NCBI GenBank assembly: GCA_965222375.1
Contig: CBDCTZ010000015.1
Coordinates: 1,056,001-1,120,000 of the forward strand
DNA length: 64,000 nt
Source: Polyangiaceae bacterium
GTDB taxonomy: Bacteria > Myxococcota_A > Polyangia > Polyangiales > Polyangiaceae
Direction of reading: 5' to 3'
Shown: positions 9,136-19,520 of the stretch, piece after piece
Numbering within the stretch: the stretch's first letter is position 1
Layout: each line of letters starts with the position of its first letter
The notes under the pieces: model-generated
What the model was told of the DNA's origin: nothing
What the model saw: only the letters and a program-made list of their open reading frames with translations
The model's database searches: none
Position numbers and translations under genes: made by a program

Positions 9136-10167
9136 ATGTCTCGCGAACGTCGTGCCGAAACGATCTTGATCGTCCTGATGCTGGCGGGCGTGGCAGCGGT
9201 GCTATGGCGCACGCCTGCGGAGCCGGAACCCGTTCGCCTGACAGCCCTGGGTGCTGTGCCCGAGGACGTGGTTCTGCTGGTCACCGTGGACGCCGATGCT
9301 TTGCGGCAGAGCGAATGGGGCGAGAGCATCTTGACCCAGGGCCGGAACCTGCAGGGTTTGGGTGCCATCGACGAGCTGTGCCGAGACAGCCCGCTGCAGC
9401 ACCTAAAGGAGTTGGCGCTCTTCGTGCCAACCGTGGAGAGCGACGAGCCCCTGGACGTCGGGGTTGTGGCCCAGGGCAGCTTCGACCTCGACCTGACTTT
9501 GGAGTGCGTCGAGCGCGTGGTGCGGGCAAGGGGCGGCGATCCACTCCGGTCCAAGCTGGGCTCCTTTTCCAGCGTGCGGGACCGCGGGTCGACCCGGGGC
9601 GAGATCGCTTTGCGCAAGTCGGGCCCACTGCTCCTTGGCGAGGGACGCACGTTGCGAGTCGCCGTGGATACCGCAGAAGGACGAAACCCCAACGTGCGCA
9701 GCAGCGAGGCGCACTCCGGTCTGCGTCACGAAGTCGGTGAACACGCATTGGTCATGAGCTTGCTTCTGCCGCCGGGGTGGCTGACGCGCATGACCGGCCT
9801 CGAAGTGGCGCGTGCCAGCCCGCTGGCTCAAGTGCGCGCTGCGGCCATAGGCGTGGATTTCGCACCGGTGAAGATCAGCGTGGTGCTCGGCTGCGGAGCC
9901 GAAAACCTCGCTACGGAAGTAGCGCGCATCCTGACCGGCTTTTCCAACGATCCGGGCGGGCTGATTCAATTGGATCTCGGGCGAAACCCTCTGGAAAGCG
10001 CGAAGATTGTCGCTCGGGGGCGCACAGTGCGAATGCGGTTGGCTCTGGGTCCGGATGACCTGCGCGTCCTATCTCAGAAGCTTTTTGGCCAGCTCGCCCC
10101 GACCCAGGGTGGCGAGGGGCGGCTTCCCGTCGAACCCGTGTCCCTCGATGCCGGAGCGCCGGACTGA
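9136..10167 (+). CDS. Hypothetical membrane-anchored protein
   Basis: N-terminal TM (ILIVLMLAGVAAVLW); long ORF with natural composition. Confidence 0.7.
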   Translation: MSRERRAETILIVLMLAGVAAVLWRTPAEPEPVRLTALGAVPEDVVLLVTVDADALRQSEWGESILTQGRNLQGLGAIDELCRDSPLQHLKELALFVPTVESDEPLDVGVVAQGSFDLDLTLECVERVVRARGGDPLRSKLGSFSSVRDRGSTRGEIALRKSGPLLLGEGRTLRVAVDTAEGRNPNVRSSEAHSGLRHEVGEHALVMSLLLPPGWLTRMTGLEVARASPLAQVRAAAIGVDFAPVKISVVLGCGAENLATEVARILTGFSNDPGGLIQLDLGRNPLESAKIVARGRTVRMRLALGPDDLRVLSQKLFGQLAPTQGGEGRLPVEPVSLDAGAPD

Positions 10168-10170
10168 GCT

Positions 10171-12078
10171 TCAACCCGGTTTGGCCTGTGACACAGCGCG
10201 CTGTACGTCGTCCAAACGAAAAGGCTTGTCCAAACGCACGCAGTCCGTGCGTCGAAAAAAGTCTGCAACTTTGGGGTGTGCGCCCGCTGCAGTCATGAAT
10301 ACGAAGCGAGCCGCCTGCTCCGGGCGAACCCGATGCAGCACTTCCCACAGCGCCTCACCGTCCAAGTCTGGCATCATCATGTCGCAGAAAACGATGTCGT
10401 AACGGTCACCAGCAATCAGCCGGTCGCGGGCCTCCAACGCGCTTGCCAGGTACGTCACGTCACAACTGTCCTCCAGAGCCACGCTCATCGCACCGCCGAT
10501 GCCCGGGTCGTCGTCCACGACCAACACTGCAGGCCGATCGCTGCGAATGTCCGCCAAGCTAGCGCCTGGCTCCGACACCGGCGGCTCCGACTCCAGAACC
10601 CCGACTGGGAGAATGATCCGGAACGTCGTGCCCACAGCTGCGTCGCTCTCCGCCAGGAGCTCTCCGCCCATGGCGCTGACCACTGCACGGCAGAAAGGCA
10701 ACCCGACGCGCGTGGCTTCGTCGTCTCCCCGCGCGGCGAAAAAGGGCTCGAATACATTGGACAGAGCTTCCGGCTCGAGCGCCAAGCCCACCAGCGTAAC
10801 CGAGACCATCACCTGCGCCGGTTCCACCGCTCCGAGTTCGATCCGAACCTCTGCGCTGTCATCTTCGGGCAGAGATTGAGCAGCGTGCACCAACAGATGC
10901 AGGAACACCTGCTCCAGGTGGGCGGCACTCGTGTTGATGGGAGGCACATCACCGTATTCGGTCGTGAGGCGGCCGCGATGACGCAGCTCATGACCCACGA
11001 GTTCCATCGCACCCTCGAGCACAGCCTTAACGTTCACCTTGCTGCGCGTTCGCTCCTCCACCCGAGAGAAGGCGCGCATGCGTTTCACTACCTGCGCAAT
11101 CCGCTCGATACCCTGGTGAGCTTCGGTGAGGCGAGCAATGGCGCCGGCGCCCTCATCCCCGGAGACCACGACCCGAGGCAAGGAACTCTTCACGTGTTCC
11201 AAGTTCAAGAGCACGTATGTGAGTGGGTTGTTGATGGCGTGCGCCATCCCGCCGGCCAATAGGCCCAACGCCGCCAAGCGGTCGGCTTGTAGCCAGCGCG
11301 ATTCGACCTGGCGCCGCTCCGTTACGTTGCGACCAAAAGAGAGCACCGCGGGCATCCCGTCCCACTCGATCGCAATGGAGCTGACCTCCACCAGGATCAC
11401 GCTGCCGTCAGTACGCCTGATACGATACTCCTGAGGAGGCAACTTGCGCCGTTGCACCAGCATGGCAGAGAGCCGTTGTTCCAACTGGGAAGCTTCGCTA
11501 GTCGCCAGGAACTCCTTCGGGTCACGCCCCAACGCTGCCTCGGCCGACTCGAAGCCGAACAGGCTCACGGCGGCGGGGTTCGCGTAGAAGATGCGTCGGT
11601 CGTCCAATATCCAGACGGCCACTGGCGCCGACTCGATGACTTGACGCAGGCGCTGCTCCGATCGCTCCAGGTCGGAGATCGCGCGTCGCCGCTCAGTGAT
11701 ATCTTTGACTAGAGACACCGACACCAGCTCGTGCCCTCGGTCGATCAAGCTCAGGGCGACTTCGACGGGCACGCGGGTGCCGTCCGCTTTGCACGACACG
11801 GTTTCGAAGTGATACGGCGTCACTTCCCTGCGCACCGCCGCCCCGACCATTTCTTCGACGCGACCCAGTTCTTCAGGCGCAACTACCTCGAGGGCATCGC
11901 GGCCCACCAAGTCTTGGGCGGGTCGGCCCAGGATCTCACCAGCTCGCGCATTGGCGAATCGTATCTCCGGCCGCTCGGTGGCCGCCGACGCGACGACGAC
12001 ACCGACCCGAGCGTCCGAGACCGCTTCAAAGAAGGCGTGCGCCAGGTCGTCGATTTCCAGTGGTTCACGCATCCCCAA
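10171..12078 (-). CDS. Hybrid sensor histidine kinase (PAS-PAS-HisKA-HATPase-REC)
   Basis: Two PAS/PAC repeats (KDITERR, RNVTERR), H-box GMAHAINNPL, FEPFF, receiver VLVVDDD...CDMMMPD...KPF. The N and G boxes are degenerate (HLLVHA, VGLP). Confidence 0.9.
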   Translation of the reverse strand: MGMREPLEIDDLAHAFFEAVSDARVGVVVASAATERPEIRFANARAGEILGRPAQDLVGRDALEVVAPEELGRVEEMVGAAVRREVTPYHFETVSCKADGTRVPVEVALSLIDRGHELVSVSLVKDITERRRAISDLERSEQRLRQVIESAPVAVWILDDRRIFYANPAAVSLFGFESAEAALGRDPKEFLATSEASQLEQRLSAMLVQRRKLPPQEYRIRRTDGSVILVEVSSIAIEWDGMPAVLSFGRNVTERRQVESRWLQADRLAALGLLAGGMAHAINNPLTYVLLNLEHVKSSLPRVVVSGDEGAGAIARLTEAHQGIERIAQVVKRMRAFSRVEERTRSKVNVKAVLEGAMELVGHELRHRGRLTTEYGDVPPINTSAAHLEQVFLHLLVHAAQSLPEDDSAEVRIELGAVEPAQVMVSVTLVGLALEPEALSNVFEPFFAARGDDEATRVGLPFCRAVVSAMGGELLAESDAAVGTTFRIILPVGVLESEPPVSEPGASLADIRSDRPAVLVVDDDPGIGGAMSVALEDSCDVTYLASALEARDRLIAGDRYDIVFCDMMMPDLDGEALWEVLHRVRPEQAARFVFMTAAGAHPKVADFFRRTDCVRLDKPFRLDDVQRAVSQAKPG

Positions 12079-12146
12079 GATGGAGCTTCTCCGCCGCCGG
12101 GTTGGGCGTCAACTCGCTAGCAGAGCGGCCGCTCCCGCGCCGCCGT

Positions 12147-13067
12147 CTAGGGCGCGGCGGCCGAACCGACGGTGATGAAGTTCGTCGGTTCGGGAATCAC
12201 GGCATCTTTTTCATCTCGCTTGATAACGCGCTCGCTGCCCAAATCCACGACTTCAACCACGATCTCGAGGGCAATGTTCGCTGGCTCCCGGGTACGCAAC
12301 CCGGCATCGATACCGATGAGTGCGGGAACAACGTTCGGGATGTAGCCCTTGACCAACAAGTCATTGTACGACTTGTTCTCGACAGCAAAAGCGTGGTTAG
12401 CAAGAGTCACGGTTTGATCGTACTCCGCGTTGGGGTCAGGCGGCGGCGCCGTCGCGATGATGTTCATCACGGTCGCAAAGTCGATAGCCAGCTCGTTCAT
12501 GTCTTGGAAGGTGAACGTGCCGCGCCGACGAGAAGAGCGACCACTCGCCGTGCCAGGCAGCTCCATCAAGATGTCGATGCCGCTCAGATTTGGCTGAAAC
12601 TCACCGTTGTCCGCATCCACGAGGGCGAGCCCGGGCCAGTAGCGGCCGAACTCATTCCAAGGGTCGATCAGTAGCTCTACGGCGTGGGTATCGGGATCGA
12701 GGTTGGTCAGCGTCCAACTGATCTGCACTTTGACGTCATCCGTCGTCACCCAAGGCTTGGCCGGGTAAGGAGCCACAGGATTGGCGTTCAGCGAGGCCTG
12801 CTCGGCCTGGGTCGGCGCCTTTATGGGAAACGCCACCGGCATCTTGACCTCGTACAAGGTCATCTCGCCATCGTCGTAGATGGAGCCGATCTGGCTGGTC
12901 ATGCCCAGCACTTGAGGCTGAAGGGTGCGCGTCTCCTCCTCTTCGCCGCAGCCGGCCAGCGCAACACCCAGGGCGAGCACGCCCAGCATCCGAACGGGGG
13001 CCAAAGCCCCCGGCCTGGGGGACAGAGCCCCCACCCCAATGCATAAGAATCCCGGCATTCGTCCCAT
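12147..13067 (-). CDS. Hypothetical lipoprotein
   Basis: Lipobox LAGC; start uncertain (alternative 12989). Confidence 0.75.
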   Translation of the reverse strand: MGRMPGFLCIGVGALSPRPGALAPVRMLGVLALGVALAGCGEEEETRTLQPQVLGMTSQIGSIYDDGEMTLYEVKMPVAFPIKAPTQAEQASLNANPVAPYPAKPWVTTDDVKVQISWTLTNLDPDTHAVELLIDPWNEFGRYWPGLALVDADNGEFQPNLSGIDILMELPGTASGRSSRRRGTFTFQDMNELAIDFATVMNIIATAPPPDPNAEYDQTVTLANHAFAVENKSYNDLLVKGYIPNVVPALIGIDAGLRTREPANIALEIVVEVVDLGSERVIKRDEKDAVIPEPTNFITVGSAAAP

Positions 13068-13182
13068 AATAACGTCCTCGGCTACGAACCTACGAAACAC
13101 TATGCCATGACCGTGCCGACCGCGCCGTATGAGCTTGGTGGTTTCGGAGAGCGACTCGGCCGATTGCCGATGGGCGCCGAGG

Positions 13183-14601
13183 TCACTTCTTGCTCGGCCG
13201 GAAACTGAATGTCCAACCAGCGTTTGTCGGCTTGTCGGCCGAGGGGAAGGACAAGCGGGTGAACTGACGCTTGATGCAGCCTTCCACGCGGGGGTTGCCC
13301 AAGGACGAACCGCCGATATTTGCGCCGGACACAGAACCGCCACGACTGATGCTGAAGCTCACGCTGACGCTACCCGCCAGCTTCGGGTCTCTAGCGGCCG
13401 CCGCCTCGTAACACGCGCGGAAGGCACCATAGCGCGACATGACCACACGCGAGATTTGTGACGGGGACAGGCCTTGGCCCGGCTTGGGAGAGTCCTTGCC
13501 CTTGATCTTGCGCTCGCCGGTCCCCTTGCCCTTGCCCTTGCCGGTTCCGCTACCGTCACCACCACCTTTGCCGCCCTTGCCGTGACCACCTCGACCACGG
13601 CCACCGGGGCCGCCGCGTCCCGAACCAAATCCACCACCGCGACCCGGCCCCCAGCCGGTATCCAAAGTTCCCGAACCAAAGGGCACGCCCTCGCCGGTAC
13701 CGCCACCACCGGGACCACTACCCTTGAGCCCGGTCCCAGAGCCCCTGCCCAGAACGATGTTGTCCGAACGCAAACCGCCGAGGGCATCCGCTACGGAACT
13801 GATCGTACCCAAGGTCTTGCGAACCTCTTCACCGACGTCGCTGTTCAACGCTTCTGCCATGCCGCCGAGACCGCTGCGGATCTCGCCGGTCTGCTCAGTC
13901 TTTTCGGCCTTGCCCTGACGCCCTAGGGAGCCCTCGGCGCCCTTGATCTTCTTGCCCCCACCTTGCTCCTTCTTGTCCTTCGCACCGGGATCTTTGACGC
14001 CCTTGCCCTTGTCACCATCTTCGTCACTGGTGTCTTTGGGTGGCTCGATGTCCTCTTCCTTCATGCTGAACTGCAGCGCAAGTTCGCGTTGGCTGGTCAG
14101 CTCCAAGGGCTTCGGAATGCCGATTGGCGTGGTGATGGCCCAAATCAATGCAAGCCCACCAATCACGGCGACGAAGGAAAAGATGAACGCGAGCAACAGC
14201 GACCATTCGAACTTCAACCGCTGTTTGAGTACTGGCGGTGCATGCGCGAACTGGAAGAACACGCTGAAGTTGGGCCCATATTGGATCAGCCCGTAGTCAC
14301 CTGCGACGATCGCGATGGGCGCACCTGTCTGTGCCAGCTGCGCGGGATCCTCTTGCCGCCCTCGTAGGAACAAGGTGCCACCGGTAGCGCCACGCACATG
14401 TAGCTCCCAGCCCGAGCCGACAGCTCGGATCGGAGAGTCGGAAATCGGAGCTCCGTCAGGCTTCTGGGTGACCGCGGTGGGCCCATCCCCCAATTCGAAA
14501 GAGGCGCCTGGGTCCAGGTGGCGCAGGCCGAGCACCGTCGTGCCCCACACGGCGGCTGCACGAAGGATGACGACGGGTTGAGCGGGAGGTGCAGCAGCCA
14601 T
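13183..14601 (-). CDS. AgmX/PglI(GltG)-like TonB C-terminal-domain membrane protein
   Basis: N-terminal domain (VWGTTVL), one TM, Gly/Lys-rich linker, C-terminal GLSPSQISRVV...FRACYE...PKLAGSVSVSFSI...LGNPRVEGCI...LSFP. Confidence 0.75.
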   Translation of the reverse strand: MAAAPPAQPVVILRAAAVWGTTVLGLRHLDPGASFELGDGPTAVTQKPDGAPISDSPIRAVGSGWELHVRGATGGTLFLRGRQEDPAQLAQTGAPIAIVAGDYGLIQYGPNFSVFFQFAHAPPVLKQRLKFEWSLLLAFIFSFVAVIGGLALIWAITTPIGIPKPLELTSQRELALQFSMKEEDIEPPKDTSDEDGDKGKGVKDPGAKDKKEQGGGKKIKGAEGSLGRQGKAEKTEQTGEIRSGLGGMAEALNSDVGEEVRKTLGTISSVADALGGLRSDNIVLGRGSGTGLKGSGPGGGGTGEGVPFGSGTLDTGWGPGRGGGFGSGRGGPGGRGRGGHGKGGKGGGDGSGTGKGKGKGTGERKIKGKDSPKPGQGLSPSQISRVVMSRYGAFRACYEAAAARDPKLAGSVSVSFSISRGGSVSGANIGGSSLGNPRVEGCIKRQFTRLSFPSADKPTNAGWTFSFRPSKK

Positions 14602-14751
14602 GAAGTTCGAATTTTGAGGGCAAAAACCCAGAAGGTTCAAGGGGAGTTGTGACTTCGCTTCAGTTCAGACGTTTCTCGGCCTGAAATGATTTGATTGTCC
14701 CGGGTGCGAGCTGCACGCACATGAACGTTTCCCCACGCTAGGCTGGGGGAG

Positions 14752-15852
14752 GTGAGTTCGCCCTATCGACACCGAGCCCGCCCCGAGGAGCCGACCGTCA
14801 CGGTGCTCTGGGGACCGTTTCCTGTGCGTTGGGGTCCGCTGGTCGCTGTCGTTCCCTGTCTCTTCCTGGGCATCTTGCTGACGATGATGGGCTTCGACAA
14901 GGGCGTCCTGCGCTGCGAACGCGCCCACAACTTCTGCGGCTACCAACGCACCACGTTCATCAACCGCCGCGTGCGCCCCTTCCCCCTCGACCAACTTCGC
15001 GGCGCCCGCGTCATCGAGGTAAAATCCGGCAAGCGCACTCGCAGCGCAGTGCAACTCGACCTTGGCGAACGCAAGTGGCGAATGGTCCCGACCACGGCGG
15101 CGGAGACTCAGCGGGTCGCGGCGAAGATTAACGAATTCGTGAAGAGCGACGCGCCGACCCTCGAGGTTCATCAGCACAACCCAATCTGGTTCGGACTCGT
15201 TGGAATCGGTTTCCTACTGGCTGGCATGGCCCTGCTCTGGAGCGGTCTCCGCGGCGCGGGACGCATTCGCCTCGAAGTCGCCAGCGACCGTATTCGCTGG
15301 ACTCGCAGAATCTTGCGTCTGCGCGCGTCGAGCGGGGAGTTTCGCCTGGACGCATTCCGTGACGCCATTCGCGACGTCGTGGTTGAGTGGTCTAAGCGTT
15401 CGCACTTCTTCCAACATCGCCACGAGATTCCGGAGACCTTCGCTCGCCTGCGCGTCATCAACAAGGACGGCTCGTCACGACCGCTCGTCGAGCGCAGCTT
15501 TCGCGGTCACGAGGTTCACCTCCGCGCCGCCGCGGAACTGCGCCGCGTCTTGGAACTTCCACCGCGTCGGGAAGACGCGCAGCGCGAACAAGATCACTTG
15601 GCCGCTGCGGCGCGCCCGCCCGAAACCCCCGGCTCCTTCTCCGGCAGAGGCGGACGCTTTGCCGCAGCCTGGTTGGGCATGTGCGTGGGCTCCCTCGGCG
15701 GCATGGCGGTGCTCGGCATGTTCAAGCTCATTTCCCAAACTGCCAGCGCGAGCGACCAAATAACCGACCTGGACGCCTTGATCGGCGGCGGCGGCGGCGC
15801 CCTGACGGGCATCTTGCTCGCGCTGCGACTGACGCGCCCGAAGAAGGACTAG
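14752..15852 (+). CDS. Hypothetical multi-TM membrane protein
   Basis: About four hydrophobic segments; GGAGG RBS before the GTG. Confidence 0.7.
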   Translation: MSSPYRHRARPEEPTVTVLWGPFPVRWGPLVAVVPCLFLGILLTMMGFDKGVLRCERAHNFCGYQRTTFINRRVRPFPLDQLRGARVIEVKSGKRTRSAVQLDLGERKWRMVPTTAAETQRVAAKINEFVKSDAPTLEVHQHNPIWFGLVGIGFLLAGMALLWSGLRGAGRIRLEVASDRIRWTRRILRLRASSGEFRLDAFRDAIRDVVVEWSKRSHFFQHRHEIPETFARLRVINKDGSSRPLVERSFRGHEVHLRAAAELRRVLELPPRREDAQREQDHLAAAARPPETPGSFSGRGGRFAAAWLGMCVGSLGGMAVLGMFKLISQTASASDQITDLDALIGGGGGALTGILLALRLTRPKKD

Positions 15853-16115
15853 CCGGCGCCAACACGCGAAACTGGGGCCGGGAGGAGGAGGTGAGCCGTC
15901 TGTGCGGCGCCGGGAGCTGGCTCTGCAGCGCCGGAAGTGCAACGGCTGAGCGAAGCCCTGCAAAGCGCGGAGCAACTCCGACGCAACTCGCGCGCTCTGC
16001 GACCGATGCTCACGCCAAACTGCCCGCCCTCACTGTGTGGGTGGGCAGTTTGGTGTTGTCTGACGGGGACGCCTCCGCGCAACCCGGCTCAGTTCGCAGC
16101 CGCGTGCGGGGTGAT

Positions 16116-16586
16116 TCAACGTAGTGCGGGATGGCGGCGAGTGTCGCTCATCTCGCGCATGAAGGAGCGGTGGCCCAGGTCGCCAGCGGCAAACTCGGCG
16201 CGCACGCGACGCAAGAAGTAGATGATCTGCGGCGACTTCAAGCGCCCCTCGACGGCAACGGGACCGAAAGTGTAGGTCTTGACACCGCCGTCGCCGCCGC
16301 CCTTGGTCTCGACGACTTTGGGCGTTCCGTCGGCTGCCGCCGGAGTCGCCTTGGCGCCTTTGACTGCTGTCTCGCCAGTGCCCTCGCTAGTGCCGGCCTT
16401 GGCCTTCTTGGCCTCCTCGGCTTCCTTCTCTTTGTCCTTCTTGCTTTTCTTGCCCTTAGCGCCCTTCTTCGAGGTCTTCTTGGCGCCCTGCTTGGCCTGA
16501 GCGTGCGCATCCGGCTGCTCCGTGGCCACCAGAGTGACCCCGAGCCCGAAGACCATGAGGGCCGCGACGGCAATGCGCTTCATCAC
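16116..16586 (-). CDS. GltF/CglF-like secreted protein with Lys-rich insertion
   Basis: Signal peptide; C-terminal YTFGPVAVEGRLKSPQIIYFLRR...SFMREM resembles the GltF pattern (FxxxxIEGxxxKPxxxYxLxR...SFxxEL). Confidence 0.6.
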   Translation of the reverse strand: MMKRIAVAALMVFGLGVTLVATEQPDAHAQAKQGAKKTSKKGAKGKKSKKDKEKEAEEAKKAKAGTSEGTGETAVKGAKATPAAADGTPKVVETKGGGDGGVKTYTFGPVAVEGRLKSPQIIYFLRRVRAEFAAGDLGHRSFMREMSDTRRHPALR

Positions 16587-16807
16587 CAGCGAAGATAGCG
16601 GATTTCCGCGGCCGCGTCAGGCCGGCAACCCACTCCCAGGGATTCCGCGCCCTCGTGTGAAACCTCGAGTGGGCGCTTCGCTCGCGCGAAACGTCCAAGT
16701 GCGACCCACTTTTGCGCTGTGCTCACCGTCAGCTGGGCGCCCTGCTCGCGAGGCAATCCCGCACAGCCAGTTCTGCTGTGGATGTCACCCGCCAGCGGGC
16801 GCTTCGC

Positions 16808-17542
16808 TCACGCCAAGCGATTCAGGGCAGCCATCTCAGCGCTGTGCTTGGCGTCGAAAACGGCCTTGATCGCGCTAAAAGCTTTCTGCGCCACCTCCTC
16901 GCACTCCTTGGCGTCGTCTCCGTTTTCCTCGGCGATGGCCTGGAGGCGATCCGCCTCATTGCCCGCGGCCTTGGCCTCAGCATCCGTGATCGCCACATTG
17001 GCATCGCCAAAGGCTTGCGCGGGGCCCGCCGCGGTCATGGTGGCCGTGCCGAATCCAGCCAGGCTATCCCCCCAAGTCCCCGCAAGACTTGCACTGTGCT
17101 TGGCTGCTTCTGCAGCCGAGCTTGCAGCTTCTCGGGTGGCGGCGGTCGTAGCATTGCCTGCAGCCCTGTTGGCCACGTCTTGAGTCTTCAACTGGCTGTG
17201 TGCCTCGACTTTGCAGCCAAGCGATACAGCTTGCATTCCAGCTGATGCGCCGATGATGGATGCTTGAACGATCCCGGAACTGCGCAGTTGGTCGGCCTTC
17301 TTGCGTAGGTTCTTCACTTCCGCGGTTTGAGCGGCGAGTTTTCGCGCCACCGCAACGCGCTTGAACTTCCGGTTCAAATCCCTGGAGTTACGGGAGAACT
17401 TCGCGACCAGCGCCAGGGCGGCGGCCACCGGGTCACCGGGAAACACCGACTCGGGTAAGCTTGCGAGATTGCTTGTTTGTCCAGCCTTGGGAGCGGCCGT
17501 TGGGCCGAGTCCAACCGGCGTGTTTGAGTCTACCTTGGTCAT
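16808..17542 (-). CDS. Putative T3SS minor translocator (SctB, YopD/IpaC position)
   Basis: Last gene of the operon; Ala-rich coiled coils, one moderately hydrophobic segment (SGIVQASIIGASAGMQAVSLG), amphipathic C-terminus; ATGA-coupled to the SctE-like gene. The call rests mainly on position. Confidence 0.65.
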   Translation of the reverse strand: MTKVDSNTPVGLGPTAAPKAGQTSNLASLPESVFPGDPVAAALALVAKFSRNSRDLNRKFKRVAVARKLAAQTAEVKNLRKKADQLRSSGIVQASIIGASAGMQAVSLGCKVEAHSQLKTQDVANRAAGNATTAATREAASSAAEAAKHSASLAGTWGDSLAGFGTATMTAAGPAQAFGDANVAITDAEAKAAGNEADRLQAIAEENGDDAKECEEVAQKAFSAIKAVFDAKHSAEMAALNRLA

Positions 17543-18375
17543 GCCAGCCTCCGATTGACTGCGGCATCCGCCGCTTTCTGAGAGTTCAGAATGGAAACAA
17601 TGGCTTCCATCGCCTTGCGCTTGTCGTCCACGACTTGTTGGATGATTCCGACTTCTTCGTCAGCCCGGTCAGACGCTGCACCTGCTCGGTTTCGATGCGC
17701 GGTCGCGTCGGCATCCTCGTCCACCACGTCCGCGAGAGCCTGCGTCTCACCATACTTGGCACCGGCCTGCACGCTCGTGGCTCCCACTTGTGCGCCTGTG
17801 GCAACCAGGCCTCCAACACGCGCCCCCGCGGTAACTGCACGGCCTGTGCCGAAGGCACCGGCTCCTCCGGTGCAGATGGCTCCGCCCAAAGCAAAGGTAT
17901 CGCTCAAGTTGATCTGCATGCCCCTCACCTCAAGCAGTTCAGCGTCGACGTCGAGCGCCTTCATGGCGACGCTCGAGCTGGACAGCAGGGCACCCGCGAT
18001 GGCAACACCTGCCACCGCACCGCTGCCTGCAGTGAGCGCGGCGCTCGCTGCTCCCGCGACGACTGCCGCGGCGGCAGCGATCTTGCCGACCTTGCTCCAG
18101 AAGCCGCCCTTCTTCTGCGCTTCTAGCGCACGCGCAAGAGCTTCCTTTGCATCCCTGATTGCAGACTGACGTTGCTTCTCGCCAATCTCGATGTTCTTCG
18201 TCGCGCCTCGGATCTTCGTATCGTTGGTCGACATCTCGGCAAACATCGCAATTGCTGCAGCATCCCCGAGGGTGGAGGGTGGCAAGCTGACTCCGGCGCT
18301 GCCTACGAGGGCTCCGTTTGCGTTGGAGCTTGCATAGGTCACTGCGGGACCGGTGCCAATGGCTTGAATCGTCAT
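17539..18375 (-). CDS. Putative T3SS major translocator (SctE, YopB/IpaB-like)
   Basis: Coiled coil then AQKKGGFWSKVGKIAAAAAVVAGAASAALTAGSGAVAGVAIAGALLS, matching the SctE pattern (AxKxGxFxKxxGW plus hydrophobic hairpin); C-terminal coiled coil. Confidence 0.75.
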   Translation of the reverse strand: MTIQAIGTGPAVTYASSNANGALVGSAGVSLPPSTLGDAAAIAMFAEMSTNDTKIRGATKNIEIGEKQRQSAIRDAKEALARALEAQKKGGFWSKVGKIAAAAAVVAGAASAALTAGSGAVAGVAIAGALLSSSSVAMKALDVDAELLEVRGMQINLSDTFALGGAICTGGAGAFGTGRAVTAGARVGGLVATGAQVGATSVQAGAKYGETQALADVVDEDADATAHRNRAGAASDRADEEVGIIQQVVDDKRKAMEAIVSILNSQKAADAAVNRRLA

Positions 18376-18791
18376 CGTGGTGCTTTCATTTTGGACCGCA
18401 ACAAGTCGAGTTGCGCGCGCTGTTGGATGTCGATGTCGAGTTCGTCGAGAACGTCGAGCATGCGATCCGCCTCCGAGTTCTCGCCGGCCTCGAGCCAGGC
18501 CCGGGCACTCAAGAGACCGAGGTCAAAGCCCTCGCCGCTGAGGCGAAAGCCGATTTCGTAGAGACCACCGGCCACGGCGTAGTCCTCGATGGCTTCATGG
18601 CAGCCTCCCAGACCCCACCAGGCCTTCAGGTTGGTGGGGTCGGTCAAGGTGAGGAAGCGGAAGATGTCTGCGGCACGCTTGTAGTCCTCGCGCTCGAAAC
18701 ACATCCGCCCCACGGCGTAGCAGGCCTCGAGCTCCGCATCGCTGCGGGGATCGGTCTCCTCGGGATTGAACATTTCCCCGTGCGCCATCAT
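18372..18791 (-). CDS. SycD/LcrH-family class II T3SS translocator chaperone (TPR)
   Basis: LEACYAVG..CF...DYKRAADIFRFLTLTDP....WWGLGGCHEAIEDYAVAGGLYEIG...L.SARAWLEAGE..EA aligns with the SycD TPR pattern; start overlaps the upstream stop (TGATG). Confidence 0.85.
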   Translation of the reverse strand: MMAHGEMFNPEETDPRSDAELEACYAVGRMCFEREDYKRAADIFRFLTLTDPTNLKAWWGLGGCHEAIEDYAVAGGLYEIGFRLSGEGFDLGLLSARAWLEAGENSEADRMLDVLDELDIDIQQRAQLDLLRSKMKAPR

Positions 18792-19507
18792 CACACCATG
18801 TTCCTGACTGCCTGATCCTGCGGGGCGTCCATGGACTTCAGGGCATTGGAGACGAAGGTGAGAGTGCGTGAGCGGCGCTGCATCGACTGCTGCAGGTTCA
18901 TCATGGTCAGATCGTTGGAGCGGGTCAGCGTGGTTCCCACGTTCTTGAGGGATGTGAGCGCGTCTTTGATCTTCGCCTTCGTGTCGTTCCCCATCAGACC
19001 GATGTCCAAGTCGGCAATGACTTGATCGAGGTCGTTGGCTTCGGCATGGAAACCAGCATCCCGCAGCTCCGCGGCAGCTTCCTTGAGTTGCGCCATGGAA
19101 GCGTCGTGGGCGGCTTTGACGTCGACGTCCCATGGCGTGTCGAGCTGGTCCTTCGACGTGACGGCGTTGTTGTTCGCTTCGGACGCCACCTTGCCACCCT
19201 TGATTCCAAAGACCTGCCCCATGTAGTCAGAGGATGTCTCTGCGCCTGCTTTGGTCTCCATTTTCTCCAAGAACGTCGTTGCCGACGACATTTTGTCGGC
19301 GAGCTTGTTTTTCGACCGGATTTCGTCCATCGACTTCATCACACCGCGGTCGATGTGGCGGAGCTCCTGCTCAGCGTACGCCATCAACGCGTCAGGACTG
19401 AGGAAGTAGAACGGAGTCGGGCCGGAGAGCTGCGACAGGCCCAGCGTCGGAGTATTGAAACTCGCACCGGGAGTGGGAGTCGAGCCGTTCGGGATTGCAT
19501 TTGACAT
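18791..19507 (-). CDS. Putative T3SS tip/filament protein (Bsp22/EspA-like C-terminus)
   Basis: RBS AAGGA; helical; ends LTRSNDLTMMNLQQSMQRRSRTLTFVSNALKSMDAPQDQAVRNMV, a T3SS filament/needle-type C-terminal signature (LQxxMxxR...SNxLK...xxRNM). Confidence 0.7.
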   Translation of the reverse strand: MSNAIPNGSTPTPGASFNTPTLGLSQLSGPTPFYFLSPDALMAYAEQELRHIDRGVMKSMDEIRSKNKLADKMSSATTFLEKMETKAGAETSSDYMGQVFGIKGGKVASEANNNAVTSKDQLDTPWDVDVKAAHDASMAQLKEAAAELRDAGFHAEANDLDQVIADLDIGLMGNDTKAKIKDALTSLKNVGTTLTRSNDLTMMNLQQSMQRRSRTLTFVSNALKSMDAPQDQAVRNMV

Positions 19508-19520
19508 TGCGGTTCCTTTG

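Noticed and set aside
16808..19507. Flagellin/hook-associated or methyl-accepting chemotaxis proteins
   Set aside because: No flagellin N/C motifs or MCP hairpin signature; the SycD-like chaperone and gene order fit a translocon better
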